Source: an uncultured Acidimicrobiaceae bacterium (GTDB lineage Bacteria > Actinomycetota > Acidimicrobiia > Acidimicrobiales > Palsa-688). From it: a stretch of 64,000 bases of DNA. The position numbers and the translations under genes are program-made. The notes beneath the pieces were generated by a model that saw only the letters and a program-made list of their open reading frames with translations, made no database searches and was not told the origin of the DNA. The stretch is from positions 45,557-109,556 of the forward strand of contig CAWAYZ010000014.1 in assembly GCA_963786345.1 (NCBI GenBank). Direction: 5' to 3'. Position 1 is the first letter of the stretch. Every line of letters begins with the position of its first letter. Positions 1-9,695 of this stretch are shown piece by piece.

Positions 1-800
1 CCCTCGAGGTCTCACCGCGCCTCGCCTATGACACTGAAGGCACGATCAAAGCTGCCCGAATTTTCCACGAGCGCATTGCGATGCCCAACTTGCTGGTAAA
101 AATCCCTGCTACAGAGGCTGGAGTACCAGCGATCCGCCAGATGACCAGCGAGGGCCGCAACATAAACGTCACGCTGATCTTTAGCCTCGACAGGTATAAC
201 GCTGTTATCGAGGCTTACATCTCTGGGCTAGAGACCTTTGCCAGCAACGGCGGGGATATCTCCCACGTGCACAGCGTGGCCTCCTTCTTCGTGAGCCGCG
301 TCGACACCGAAGTCGACCGCCGCCTTGAAGCCTCGAACAACGACAAGGCACTTTCGCTTCGCGGGAAAGCCGCTGTCGCTCAAGCGAAATTGGCGTACCA
401 GTTGTTCCTCGAGCGCTTCTCCGGGCCTCGCTGGGAAGCTCTAAAGGCCAAGGGCGCACATGTCCAGCGACCACTGTGGGCTTCCACCTCCACCAAGAAC
501 CCTGCATATCCGGACCTTCTCTACGTGGACACCCTCATCGGCCCGCACACCGTCAATACGATGCCGGACGCGACAGTCGCTGCGTTCATGGACCACGGGA
601 CGGTGGCTCAGACGGTGGACCAGGGAGCAGACGACGCTCGTGCTGAAATCGAGGCCCTCGGCCAGGTTGGCATCGATATGGCCGACGTCTCCCACAAGCT
701 CGAAGAAGAGGGCGTAGCCGCTTTCTCCAAGAGCTTCGACGAGCTGCTCCAGGCGCTCGAGGACAAAGCCAACGAGCACAAGGCTGACAACCAGTCGTGA
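1..800 (+). CDS. tal: transaldolase (5' partial, continues upstream of window)
   Basis: Frame is open from the window edge (codons from nt 3). The translation LEVSPRLAYDTEGTI...PNLLVKIPATEAGVPAI...SVASFFVSRVDTEVD is transaldolase-like. The stop overlaps the zwf GTG start (GTGA). The tal-zwf-opcA-pgl order is typical of Actinomycetota. Confidence 0.93.
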   Translation, partial: LEVSPRLAYDTEGTIKAARIFHERIAMPNLLVKIPATEAGVPAIRQMTSEGRNINVTLIFSLDRYNAVIEAYISGLETFASNGGDISHVHSVASFFVSRVDTEVDRRLEASNNDKALSLRGKAAVAQAKLAYQLFLERFSGPRWEALKAKGAHVQRPLWASTSTKNPAYPDLLYVDTLIGPHTVNTMPDATVAAFMDHGTVAQTVDQGADDARAEIEALGQVGIDMADVSHKLEEEGVAAFSKSFDELLQALEDKANEHKADNQS

Positions 801-2284
801 CCGACGCCACCTTGCCCGTCAACGTCCTCGCCGAGGGGATGGAAACGGTCCGCCGTGCCCCGCCCGGCGTCCTGGTGGTATTCGGCGCGTCCGGTGACCT
901 CACCCATCGCAAATTGCTGCCCGCGCTGGAACACCTCTCGCGGCGGCGGTTGCTGCCCGCTGCTTTTTCCATCGTTGGCGTCGCACGTACCGAGATGTCC
1001 GACGACGGCTTCAAGGGCCTGATGGCCGAGGCAGTCCCCAATGCCGGCCCGGGATGGGCCGAGATCATCAAGAACAGCGCGTACCTTTCCGGCGACTACT
1101 CACACCCCAACACTTTCAAGCAATTGAAGTCCCGCCTGAAGAGCATTGACGAAGCCCTCGGGACCGGTGGCAACCGGACCTTCTATCTCGCCACAGTGCC
1201 TGACGTGTTCGCAGAGGTGGCCGCAGCGCTCGGGAAGGTAGGGCTCAACCACCCCGAGCCGGGCGGTGCTTCGCGCCTGGTTATAGAAAAGCCCTTCGGC
1301 CGCGACCGGGAAAGTGCCCGCGAGCTCGACACTGCGCTGCATGAGGTCTTCGCCGAAAACCAGATTTACCGCATCGACCACTATCTCGGCAAAGAGACCG
1401 TGCAGAACGTGCTCGCCTTGCGTTTTGCCAATGCGATATTCGAGCCTTTGTGGTCACGCAATTACATCGACCACGTCCAGGTGACCGTCGCGGAGACGGT
1501 GGGCGTCGAAAAGCGGGGCAGTTTCTACGAAAAGGCGGGCGCGCTGCGCGACATAGTGCAGAACCATGTCATGCAGGTCCTGTCCCTCACCCTTATGGAG
1601 CCGCCTGGCTCGATAGACGCCAACGGCATCCGCGACGAAAAAGTGAAGGCACTCCGCTCTGTCGTCGTGCCGGGCGTGGACCAGGTGGCCAACATCGCAG
1701 TGCGCGCTCAGTACGACAGCGGCTGGGTCGAGGGCCACGCTGTCCCCGGCTACCGCCAGGAGGACGGCGTGAGCCGCGACAGCCAGACCGAGACATACGT
1801 GGCGCTCAAGCTCGCCGTCGACAACTGGCGCTGGGCTGGCGTCCCGATCTACATACGCACAGGGAAGCGCCTGCCCAAACGGGTGACCGAAGTCGCCCTC
1901 CAGTTCAAGGCGGTGCCGCATCTCGCGTTCCCCAAGGCGGCGGCGACCGGCCTCAACCCTAATGCTCTGGTTATGCGCATCCAGCCGGACGAGGGTGTCA
2001 CGCTGCGCTTCGGTGCGAAGGTCCCAGGGCAGGCGTTCATGGTGCGCGACGTGCTCATGGACTTCTCCTACGGGGCTGCGTTCCTGGAAGAGCCGCCGGA
2101 CGCCTACGAACGGCTCCTCCTCGACGCCATGGTCGGCGACCCCACCCTGTTCATACGCAGGGACGAGGTAGACATTGCCTGGGGGATAGTCCAGCCCTTG
2201 CTCGACGCCTGGGCCGACGACGGGGCTCCTCTCGCCGGCTATGCGGCCGGATCCTGGGGCCCCGCCAGGCTGACACCCTCATAG
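797..2284 (+). CDS. zwf: glucose-6-phosphate 1-dehydrogenase
   Basis: 495-aa ORF with the VVFGASGDLTHRKL dinucleotide-binding motif, EKPFG, and the RIDHYLGKE active-site motif. Confidence 0.97.
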   Translation: MTDATLPVNVLAEGMETVRRAPPGVLVVFGASGDLTHRKLLPALEHLSRRRLLPAAFSIVGVARTEMSDDGFKGLMAEAVPNAGPGWAEIIKNSAYLSGDYSHPNTFKQLKSRLKSIDEALGTGGNRTFYLATVPDVFAEVAAALGKVGLNHPEPGGASRLVIEKPFGRDRESARELDTALHEVFAENQIYRIDHYLGKETVQNVLALRFANAIFEPLWSRNYIDHVQVTVAETVGVEKRGSFYEKAGALRDIVQNHVMQVLSLTLMEPPGSIDANGIRDEKVKALRSVVVPGVDQVANIAVRAQYDSGWVEGHAVPGYRQEDGVSRDSQTETYVALKLAVDNWRWAGVPIYIRTGKRLPKRVTEVALQFKAVPHLAFPKAAATGLNPNALVMRIQPDEGVTLRFGAKVPGQAFMVRDVLMDFSYGAAFLEEPPDAYERLLLDAMVGDPTLFIRRDEVDIAWGIVQPLLDAWADDGAPLAGYAAGSWGPARLTPS

Positions 2285-2300
2285 AGCGCGACGGACGGCA

Positions 2301-3413
2301 ATGGCGAACGCCGTAGCGCCACCGCCCAACCCGGCCGCTGCGGGCCAGCCGGTCCAACCGGTCCAACCGGTCCAACCGGGCAAGCTCGCCGGCGCCAGCC
2401 CAGGAGCAGACGGCCCTGTCGTGGCCCACACCTGGGAAAAGAGTGACGTCAGCATTGGCGAGGTCGTAGCGGCCTTACCCGAGCTACGTCGCGCAGCCAA
2501 CGGCCGGGAAGCCGCCACTCGCACCGCCGTCTTGACGATCGTCATGGTGATCGGGCCGAAGGACGACCCGGTCGCCTGCGCCGAATCGGTACGCTCTCTC
2601 GGCGCCCACCACCCATGCCGTGCGGTCGTGTTGCGCGCCGACCCCGACAGCACCCCGGTCATCGACGCCAGCGCCACGCTGTGGCGCGCCTCGGTGGCCG
2701 CAGCCGAGGGGCACCCAACTTTCTTCGAGGAGCTGCACCTGCACGTCGGAGGTCAGGCGGCTTCCCACCTCTCGTCAATCGTCGGGCCTTTTATCCTGGC
2801 CGACCTCCCCGTTGCCATGTGGTTCCCCGGTGAGCTCCCCGACCCGACTGACCCGCTGCTCCGGCTCGCTTCGGTCCTTATGGTCGACACGCGCTTGGTT
2901 GGGCCGGAGCTTTCCGAGATCGGCCACTCCTACCGGACATTGCTCGAGCTCGCCAACCACCAGCCCGTCGTGGACCTGTCGTGGGTGCGCCTGCAACCCT
3001 GGCGGGACCTGCTGGCGAGCCTGTTCGAACCAGAACACAGCCGGCATTTTCTTCAGGGCGTCCGCCTCGCCTCCGTGAAAGGCAAACCCGGCCCCCGCCA
3101 CATGCTCGGCGGCTGGCTCATGGCCCAGCTCGACCTGCGAGCTCGCGAGCTCGTCCTGACCGATTCCAAGCACGTCGACATAACCCTCGAGGCCTCCTAC
3201 AACGGCGAAGAGGGCAAGTTCCAGGTAAGCCGCGACGAAGGGGCCCGCGCCGTGTGGGCGAACGCTTCTCTGTCCGGCGGCATGGCGCACGGCCAGGCCA
3301 TGCCACTGCCCGACGACTCCCTTACCTCGGCGCTGTCCGCGGCGATAGCCAACCTCCGGGCAGACCGGGTATGGGAACGCGCGTTGGCTGCAGCCGCAGC
3401 CCTCGCGTCCTAG
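2301..3413 (+). CDS. opcA: glucose-6-phosphate dehydrogenase assembly protein OpcA
   Basis: 370-aa ORF directly downstream of zwf in the conserved OpcA position, with an OpcA-like body (LRADPDS...HLHVGG...LPVAMWFPGELP). The N-terminus carries a QPV x3 repeat. Confidence 0.85.
   Translation: MANAVAPPPNPAAAGQPVQPVQPVQPGKLAGASPGADGPVVAHTWEKSDVSIGEVVAALPELRRAANGREAATRTAVLTIVMVIGPKDDPVACAESVRSLGAHHPCRAVVLRADPDSTPVIDASATLWRASVAAAEGHPTFFEELHLHVGGQAASHLSSIVGPFILADLPVAMWFPGELPDPTDPLLRLASVLMVDTRLVGPELSEIGHSYRTLLELANHQPVVDLSWVRLQPWRDLLASLFEPEHSRHFLQGVRLASVKGKPGPRHMLGGWLMAQLDLRARELVLTDSKHVDITLEASYNGEEGKFQVSRDEGARAVWANASLSGGMAHGQAMPLPDDSLTSALSAAIANLRADRVWERALAAAAALAS
2351..2377. repeat. 9-nt tandem repeat x3 (ggtccaacc), in frame in the opcA N-terminus
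   Basis: Three perfect consecutive copies read directly from the sequence. They encode QPVQPVQPV. Confidence 0.9.
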
Positions 3414-3430
3414 GCGTTAGGGTCTACGCC

Positions 3431-4102
3431 GTGAACGGAGCGCTTGTTGTAACCGATGACCTCCCCGGCGCCTTCGCCAGCGAGGTGATCTCTGCCTTCG
3501 CCAACCGCCCTGGCGAGGAGTTTGACATTGCGCTTTCGGGCGGCCCGACGGCACGGGCCTGCTACGAGCGCCTCTCGGTCGAGGGTGCTCAGGAGATCGA
3601 CTGGCTCGTGGTCAACTTCTACTGGAGCGACGAACGCTGCGTCCCGCCCAACGACCCTGATTCCAATGAGCTGCTCGTGCGCCAAGCTTTGCTGGAAAGA
3701 GTCGGGGCCGCCAACGCTGTCTACCCAATGCGCTGCGATGAAGGCCTCGACGCCTACCAGCTGCGTATAGGCGAGATCGGCCAGCTCGACGTGGTCCATC
3801 TCGGGATGGGGGCAGACGGGCACACCGCCAGCCTTTTCCCCGGCTCCCCGGCCCTGGACGCCGACCCCGGCCAGCTGGTCACCTTCAGCGAGGACCCGAA
3901 CGGGCTCAGCAACCACCCCCGGATGACGTTCACCTATTCCGCCATAGCCAGAGCGAGGCTCGTCATCTTCACAGTCGCCGGCGAGGCCAAGCGCCCCGCA
4001 ATGGAGGCACTTGTTGCCGGCAAGGACATCCCGGCAGCACACGTCCGGGCGGGCCGCGTCCTGTGGCTCGTCGACAAGGACGCTGCTCCCCGGAACCTGT
4101 GA
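3431..4102 (+). CDS. pgl: 6-phosphogluconolactonase
   Basis: ALSGGPTARACYERL and HLGMGADGHTASLFPG motifs of the SOL/DevB lactonase family. The tracked ORF start (2981) overlaps opcA. GTG 3431 is the first plausible start after the opcA stop. Confidence 0.85.
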   Translation: MNGALVVTDDLPGAFASEVISAFANRPGEEFDIALSGGPTARACYERLSVEGAQEIDWLVVNFYWSDERCVPPNDPDSNELLVRQALLERVGAANAVYPMRCDEGLDAYQLRIGEIGQLDVVHLGMGADGHTASLFPGSPALDADPGQLVTFSEDPNGLSNHPRMTFTYSAIARARLVIFTVAGEAKRPAMEALVAGKDIPAAHVRAGRVLWLVDKDAAPRNL

Positions 4103-4125
4103 CCTCTGGTGAACCTGTGACCTCT
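4093..4125. repeat. direct duplication of the pgl-stop / next-gene-start junction (gaacctgtgacctct x2, 18-nt period)
   Basis: Identical 15-mers at 4093-4107 and 4111-4125. The first copy contains the GTGA stop/start overlap (4099-4102). Confidence 0.9.
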
Positions 4126-5262
4126 TCGGGGCCCGTGGGCTCGCCTGGGCCCGCTTCACATCAGGGCCACGGCCGCGGGGCAACCACGGGCGACGCGGAA
4201 CTGGACACCCGCCTCGACTCCCTGCTCGACGAGCTCGCGGTCACCGCCAACCGCGACCAGGTCCGCGAGCTGCTCATCTCTGTGGTCCGCCTCGCCCAGG
4301 GCCACCCCGACCGCCTCGACCTCAAGATCGCCAGCGCAGCCCTGCGCGAGATGCGGGAAGGTTTCGAGGTCTTCGCCCCCTACCGGGACGTCCGCAAAAT
4401 CACGATGTTCGGCTCCGCCCGCACGCTGCCAACCGACCCGCTCTACGCCCAGGCACGCGACCTCGCATCGCTGTTGTCGTCCATGAGCTGGTCGACCGTC
4501 ACGGGGGCTGGCCCGGGGATAATGGCGGCCGGCCTCGAAGGCGCCGGCCCGGAGCACACGTTCGGGATCAACATCCGGCTCCCCTTCGAGCAGGAGGCGA
4601 ACCAGTTCATATCGTCTGACCCGAAGTTGGTCTCGATGAAGTACTTCTTCACCCGCAAGTTGCTGCTCGTGAAGGAGTCCGACGGCTACGCGGTGCTCCC
4701 CGGAGGGTACGGCACCCTCGACGAGGCCTTCGAGCTGCTCACGCTTCTCCAGACCGGCAAGGCTGAGCCCTCACCGGTGGTGCTGCTGGAAGTGCCCGGA
4801 GGGAGCTACTGGCAGGCATGGGAGCATTTCGTGACCGAAGAAGTAGAAGCCCGGGGCCTCATCTCGCCGGGGGACGCGAGCCTCTACCTGATCACTGACG
4901 ACGTCGCCGAGGCGGCCGCGGAGATCCTCGGCTTCTACCGCAACTACCACTCGCTCCGCTGGATCGGCGACCGCCTCGTGGTCCGCTTGCTCGCGCAGCC
5001 GACCCCCGGAGAGATGGCCGCCCTGTCCGAGGAGTTCGGCCACATTTTCTTGCGGGGGGCGATCGAGATCCTCCCCGGCGCTCTTCCCAGCGAGGTTCGC
5101 GAAGACGACCACGTCGACCTGCCGCGGATCGCCTTACGCTTCGACCGGACGTCCTACAGCCACCTTCGCCAGCTGATAGACGCTCTAAACGCCCTCCCAA
5201 GCGCTCCCCCGCCGGCGGCAGGGCTACCGGTCCCGCCGCGCCACCTAATTCGCGAGCGCTGA
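4099..5262 (+). CDS. LOG / TIGR00730-family Rossmann-fold protein (long form)
   Basis: MFGSAR...TGAGPGIMAA...PGGYGTLDEAFE (PGGxGTxxE) signature. The start is uncertain: GTG 4099 overlaps the pgl stop, with alternatives GTG 4117 and 4135. The tracked ORF starts at 4063. Confidence 0.75.
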   Translation: MTSGEPVTSSGPVGSPGPASHQGHGRGATTGDAELDTRLDSLLDELAVTANRDQVRELLISVVRLAQGHPDRLDLKIASAALREMREGFEVFAPYRDVRKITMFGSARTLPTDPLYAQARDLASLLSSMSWSTVTGAGPGIMAAGLEGAGPEHTFGINIRLPFEQEANQFISSDPKLVSMKYFFTRKLLLVKESDGYAVLPGGYGTLDEAFELLTLLQTGKAEPSPVVLLEVPGGSYWQAWEHFVTEEVEARGLISPGDASLYLITDDVAEAAAEILGFYRNYHSLRWIGDRLVVRLLAQPTPGEMAALSEEFGHIFLRGAIEILPGALPSEVREDDHVDLPRIALRFDRTSYSHLRQLIDALNALPSAPPPAAGLPVPPRHLIRER

Positions 5263-5808
5263 GCCCGCCTCGGACCGGCGGGCCCTCACTTCGGAGGTCC
5301 TATCGGCGGTCTCAGCGGCGAGCCCAGTGCAGTGCGGGCATGTCCGGAGCTCTTCCTCGGCGACCGCCGTCAACACTCTTTCGCAGACTTCGGCAATGGT
5401 CTCAAGCTGTTCGGCCGCCAGCAGGTCGATGAACAGGCGCCTCACTGCCTCCAGGTGGCCAGGGGCGGCCGCGCTGATCTCTGCCCGGCCGCGCGCACTC
5501 ACGCCGACCACGGCCCCACGCAGGTCAGAGGCGCATTTGAGTTTTTCGACCAGCCCACGGTCAGCCATGCGGGTGACCTGATGGGAAAGCCGGCTCTTTT
5601 CCCAGCCCAACTGGTGACCCAGCTCGAAGAGCCGCATCCGTCCCTCTGGCTGCGCCGTTAGAGCAACGAGGACCATGTAGTCCTGGTAGCTGAGCTCAGA
5701 GTGCGCGGCGAGGTCTCTTGCCAGCTGCGCGTTGAGGCGCATCTGCATGAGCTGTAGAGAGCGCCACGCGCGCTCTTCCCTCTCGTCTAGCCATCTGACT
5801 TCGCTCAT
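5245..5808 (-). CDS. MarR-family transcriptional regulator
   Basis: 187-aa ORF with a winged-helix MarR pattern (YQDYMVLVALT...LFELGHQLGWEKSRLSHQVTRMADRGLVEK). Divergent from the YceI-like gene. Confidence 0.85.
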   Translation of the reverse strand: MSEVRWLDEREERAWRSLQLMQMRLNAQLARDLAAHSELSYQDYMVLVALTAQPEGRMRLFELGHQLGWEKSRLSHQVTRMADRGLVEKLKCASDLRGAVVGVSARGRAEISAAAPGHLEAVRRLFIDLLAAEQLETIAEVCERVLTAVAEEELRTCPHCTGLAAETADRTSEVRARRSEAGSALAN

Positions 5809-5899
5809 GATCTTTCACCATACCCGGAATAGTGGACATATCCCCTATGTTGATAAAGTAGGTGACACGTACACCACTGACCCAAGGAGATCGCTCAAA

Positions 5900-6475
5900 A
5901 TGACCATCGCTGCGACATCTGTAACCCAAGAGACTCTAACTGGCGACTACACCCTCGATCCTGCGCACACGCGTATCGGCTTCTCAGCCCGTCACGCAAT
6001 GGTGTCAAAGGTGCGCGGGCAGTTCAATGAGTTCAACGGCTCTGTCTTCCTCGACGCCGAGGAACCGGCGAACTCCAAGGTCGAGATCACCATCAAGGCC
6101 GCCAGCATCGACACCCGCAACGCCGACCGCGATGCCCACCTCCGGAGCAACGACTTCTTCGCAATGGAGGAGTACCCCGAAATCACCTTCCGCTCCACCC
6201 GCGTAGAACAGGCGAGCGAGAACGAGTACTACGTCACCGGGGACCTCACCATCCGTGGCACCACCAAACCAGTGACTGTCAATTTCCAGCTGAACGGGAG
6301 CGTCGTCGACCCCTGGGGCAACTTCCGGATCGGCTTCGACGGCCAGACCACCATCAACCGCAAGGACTGGGGCGTCAGCTTCAACGCTGCCCTGGAGGCG
6401 GGCGGAGTCATGGTGAGCGAAAAGGTGAACCTGGAGTTCGAGGTCGAGGCCGTCAAGGTCAAGCCGGCCGCCTAA
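5900..6475 (+). CDS. YceI-like domain protein
   Basis: ATG 5900 is preceded by AAGGAGA (5884-5890). TLDPAHTRIGFSARHAMVSKVRGQF and DAHLRSNDFF are typical of the YceI family. Confidence 0.85.
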   Translation: MTIAATSVTQETLTGDYTLDPAHTRIGFSARHAMVSKVRGQFNEFNGSVFLDAEEPANSKVEITIKAASIDTRNADRDAHLRSNDFFAMEEYPEITFRSTRVEQASENEYYVTGDLTIRGTTKPVTVNFQLNGSVVDPWGNFRIGFDGQTTINRKDWGVSFNAALEAGGVMVSEKVNLEFEVEAVKVKPAA

Positions 6476-6554
6476 TAGGACCCTAATAGGACCCTAATAG
6501 GACCCTGATAGGACCTGGTAGGACCTGGTAGGACCTGGTAGGACCTATAGGCCC
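6473..6554. repeat. stop-codon-rich tandem array: taataggaccc x3, tgataggacc x1, tggtaggacc x3, tataggccc
   Basis: Read directly from the sequence. The array starts on the yceI-like TAA stop and fills the gap between two convergent genes. Confidence 0.9.
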
Positions 6555-6563
6555 GGTGGGCCC

Positions 6564-6776
6564 CTAATCGCTACCGCCTTCGGCGTTGGCGCCGGCGAGA
6601 AGGGCCGCAGCTTTTATGACAGCGCGCCGGGCGCGAGCGAGACGGCGCTCCTCCGCCGCGGCGTGCGCGCTGTCTTCCCTCACGGCCTCCTTCAGCTTGT
6701 CGAGCCCGATGTCTGCGAGCTCCTCGGCTATTTCGTCGAGCCTCGAGCGCAAGTCGTCCAGACGGTCGTCACCCAT
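6564..6776 (-). CDS. hypothetical small helical protein (70 aa)
   Basis: ORF only. The charged, helical-looking sequence has no recognisable family, and coding status is not demonstrated. Confidence 0.3.
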   Translation of the reverse strand: MGDDRLDDLRSRLDEIAEELADIGLDKLKEAVREDSAHAAAEERRLARARRAVIKAAALLAGANAEGGSD

Positions 6777-6985
6777 GGCAACCAGTCTGCTTCGCGTGCG
6801 CCCGCCGTCGCCAGACTTGGTCGGTACCGATAGGGTCGGCAGCCGGAGGGCTCAGTAGTTGACCCAGGCCATGTCCCAGTAGTCAAGATAAGACTCCTGC
6901 GCCAATCGTAGGCCCGGCGTGAACCAGATGGCAAGCAACTCGTCGGCCGCTTTCTACTTCCGGTCCTGGCAACTAGTGTCAACTC

Positions 6986-8395
6986 GTGGACGACCTCGCC
7001 CTCGCCGGCTACCTCGAACGTTCCAAGGACCGCATCCTCGCCACGTTGTGCGATTGGCTCCGGATCCCGTCCATTTCCGCCGACCCGGCCCATGCCGGTG
7101 ACGTCGCCAATTCGGCGGAGTTCTGTGCCCGCCTGTTGAGAGAGGCCGGGCTCCATGAGGTAGAGATCATCCCCGCAGACGCCGCCAGGGTGAACGGCGC
7201 CGGCCTGGCGCCGGCAGTTTATGGTGAGTGGCTCGGGGCCGGCGAGGGCGCCCCGACAGTGCTTGTCTACGGCCACCACGACGTCCAGCCCGTCGACCCG
7301 CTCGATGAGTGGACCTCACCTCCCTTCGAACCGGTCGTTGTCGATGGCGTGCTCCTGGCGCGCGGCTCGTGCGACGACAAAGGCCAGATCCTCATGCAGA
7401 CCGAGGCGGTACGCGGCCTGCTCGGCGAAATGGGCGCCCTGCCTGTCAACTTGAAGTTCTTGGTCGAAGGCGAAGAGGAGGTCGGCAGCCCTCACTTCGA
7501 GGACCTGCTCGAGCGCGAGCGTGAACGGCTTGCGACCGATGTGATCGTTGTTTCGGACACGACGATGGTCGCCTCCGATATCCCGTCGACCACGCTTAGC
7601 ATGCGAGGGCTCGTCTGTTTCGACGTAGCCCTCAGAACGGCGAAGTCCGACCTCCACAGCGGGCTCTGGGGAGGGACAGTCCCCAACGCCGCCCTCGTGG
7701 CTGCACAGCTTGCGGCTAGCCTCCACGACGGGCTCGGCCGCGTGACGTTGCCCGGTTTCTATGACCGCGTCAGGGAACTTAGCGAAGAGGAAACACGCTC
7801 GCTCGGTTCGGTACCTTTCGACGAGGCCGAGTTCTGCAGCCAGGCCGGCGTTGGCTACCTCGAGGGCGAAGCGGGCCGCACCCCTTACGAACGCACAGGT
7901 ACTCGCCCCACAGCCGAGGTCACCGGTCTCCACGCCGGCTACGGCGGCCCGGGTATGAAAACCATCGTGCCCGCCACGGCCAATATCAAGGTCGCGATTC
8001 GCCTCGTGCCGGACCAAAGCCCCGAAGAGATAGCGGCGTTGTTCCGCACTTGGCTCGCCGCTCACATCCCAGACGGCGTCGAGGTTACGGTGACGCCGCT
8101 TGGCGGGGCGGCGCCCCTTCTCACACCGCTCGACCATCCCGCGGTCCAAACGCTCTGTGGCGCCATCGAACGCGTCTGGGGCAAGAAGCCGCTGTTTACC
8201 AGGAGCGGTGGAAGCGGGCCCGAGGAAGCACTGGGCAGAGTGCTTGGGGCACCGGTCACTTTTCTCGGCGTTGGGCTCCCTGGCGACAATTTCCATGCGC
8301 CCAATGAACGCCTGGAGCTCGACCAACTGTGGCGGGGAGTATTGGCGGCCGGGGAGCTTCTCCTCGACCTCGGCACCTTGAAGGTCGGCCAATGA
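6986..8395 (+). CDS. M20-family dipeptidase / peptidase
   Basis: 469-aa ORF with YGHHDVQP, GSCDDKGQ and EGEEEVGS metal-binding motifs of the M20 (ArgE/DapE/CPG2) family. Confidence 0.85.
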   Translation: MDDLALAGYLERSKDRILATLCDWLRIPSISADPAHAGDVANSAEFCARLLREAGLHEVEIIPADAARVNGAGLAPAVYGEWLGAGEGAPTVLVYGHHDVQPVDPLDEWTSPPFEPVVVDGVLLARGSCDDKGQILMQTEAVRGLLGEMGALPVNLKFLVEGEEEVGSPHFEDLLERERERLATDVIVVSDTTMVASDIPSTTLSMRGLVCFDVALRTAKSDLHSGLWGGTVPNAALVAAQLAASLHDGLGRVTLPGFYDRVRELSEEETRSLGSVPFDEAEFCSQAGVGYLEGEAGRTPYERTGTRPTAEVTGLHAGYGGPGMKTIVPATANIKVAIRLVPDQSPEEIAALFRTWLAAHIPDGVEVTVTPLGGAAPLLTPLDHPAVQTLCGAIERVWGKKPLFTRSGGSGPEEALGRVLGAPVTFLGVGLPGDNFHAPNERLELDQLWRGVLAAGELLLDLGTLKVGQ

Positions 8396-9276
8396 GCCGG
8401 GACGGGCACAGCAAACGTCACGACAAACGCTCCGAGAACGGTGCCGCCAAAGTCCCGGGGATGAACGCCGCGAATGGCAAGAGTGGGAATGGCAGTGGCG
8501 CGACTAGTAATAGCGCCAATGGACATAGCGCCAAGCGTTGGCGCCTCAGCCCGGCCGACGCTCACGAATGGGTGAGCTTCGAGGACCCTACCGAAGCACG
8601 GACATGGCGTTTCGACGTGACATTTCTCCTGTCACATTGGGAATGCATTTATGGCAACGGCTGCCAGGGTGTTCTGACAGCTCCGGCACCTGAACTGGCG
8701 CAGGGGTGCTGTTCGTACGGTGCGCATATGACCGGCGGTGAGGACGTCGCCCGCGTGAAGGCAGCTGCAAAAACATTGACTGACGACCAGTGGCAGTTCG
8801 CTGACCAAGGGCGTCGTGGAGGGGTTGCACGGCGCGGGACCGCAGGTGTCACCGTCACGAGGTTGGTGGAAGACGCTTGCATTTTCCTCAATAGACCCGG
8901 TTTCCCGGGTGGCCCGGGCTGCGCCCTTCACCGAGCCGCCCTCGAACGCGGGGAAAAGCCGATGGACCTCAAGCCTGACGTGTGCTGGCAATTGCCGCTG
9001 CGGCGCGAGGACACGGTCCATCCTGACGCTTCTGTGACATCGGTGGTCGGTGAATGGGACAGGGTCCACTGGGGCCACGGGGGCGAGGAATTTGCCTGGT
9101 GGTGCACGGAGGCGCCCGAGGCGTTCCGCGGCGGTACGCCGGTATGGCGCCAGATGCAAGACGAGCTGTGTGCAATGGTTGGCCCGGCCGTTTTCGCTCT
9201 ACTGGCGCCATACTTGGAGGTCCGGGAGGCCTCCGGAGCGCTGCTCCCCCACCCGACAGTCCGCCCGCGCGGGTAA
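8392..9276 (+). CDS. conserved hypothetical Cys/Trp-rich protein
   Basis: ATG 8392 overlaps the peptidase stop (ATGA). The N-terminus is low-complexity, followed by a Cys-rich body (HWECIYGNGCQGV...GCCSYGAH...CIFLN...CALH...CWQLP). No family name could be assigned from memory. Confidence 0.6.
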   Translation: MSRDGHSKRHDKRSENGAAKVPGMNAANGKSGNGSGATSNSANGHSAKRWRLSPADAHEWVSFEDPTEARTWRFDVTFLLSHWECIYGNGCQGVLTAPAPELAQGCCSYGAHMTGGEDVARVKAAAKTLTDDQWQFADQGRRGGVARRGTAGVTVTRLVEDACIFLNRPGFPGGPGCALHRAALERGEKPMDLKPDVCWQLPLRREDTVHPDASVTSVVGEWDRVHWGHGGEEFAWWCTEAPEAFRGGTPVWRQMQDELCAMVGPAVFALLAPYLEVREASGALLPHPTVRPRG

Positions 9277-9314
9277 GGCCCGCTCGCTCCGCAATCGCGG
9301 GTAGGGTTGGAGCG

Positions 9315-9695
9315 ATGAGCCGCAAGGAGCATTGGAAGGCCGATCCTGACGAGCACGATTACCCGGCGGCTCACGACTATCTAACGCTTGTTATGTCGCC
9401 CGCAGCGGCGGACGGCCTCGTTGAAGCGCTCAAAAAAGCGCCTTTGCTTCACAGGGAGGCCAAGGATCTGCTCCGTGCCAGCGCGTTGCCTCTCCTACCC
9501 GAGAACAATTACCACGTCGCCAAGGACCTCTCCAAGGTCAAGAAGGGCCAGCTGCTGTCACCGGTCCTCCTTGTTGCCGGCGACGCCTCCCGAGGCGCTC
9601 CGCTCTCGATAGCTGACGGGTACCACCGGATTTGTGCGAGCTGGTACTTGGACGAGGACGCCTCGATCCCTTGTCGCTTAGTCGACCAGCCCTAG
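9315..9695 (+). CDS. small ParB/sulfiredoxin-fold-like protein (126 aa)
   Basis: ATG 9315 has GGAG 4 nt upstream. The C-terminal SPVLLV...LSIADGYHRICA...IPC resembles the DGxHR motif of the ParB N-terminal/Srx fold. The tracked longer ORF (9054) overlaps the upstream gene. Confidence 0.5.
   Translation: MSRKEHWKADPDEHDYPAAHDYLTLVMSPAAADGLVEALKKAPLLHREAKDLLRASALPLLPENNYHVAKDLSKVKKGQLLSPVLLVAGDASRGAPLSIADGYHRICASWYLDEDASIPCRLVDQP

Noticed and set aside
2981-3430. N-terminal 150-aa extension of the pgl ORF. Similar over-long tracked starts occur at 4063, 5732, 8329, 9054, 18418, 28169, 30522 and 52779.
   Set aside because: The extensions overlap the upstream gene, are compositionally non-protein-like, and internal starts with SD sequences or ATGA/GTGA coupling fit better.
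6473-6554. Possible CRISPR arrays at the tandem-repeat loci (6473-6554, 41868-41947, 31290-31355).
   Set aside because: The units are 10-20 nt and directly abutting, with no spacers. No cas genes are in the window.
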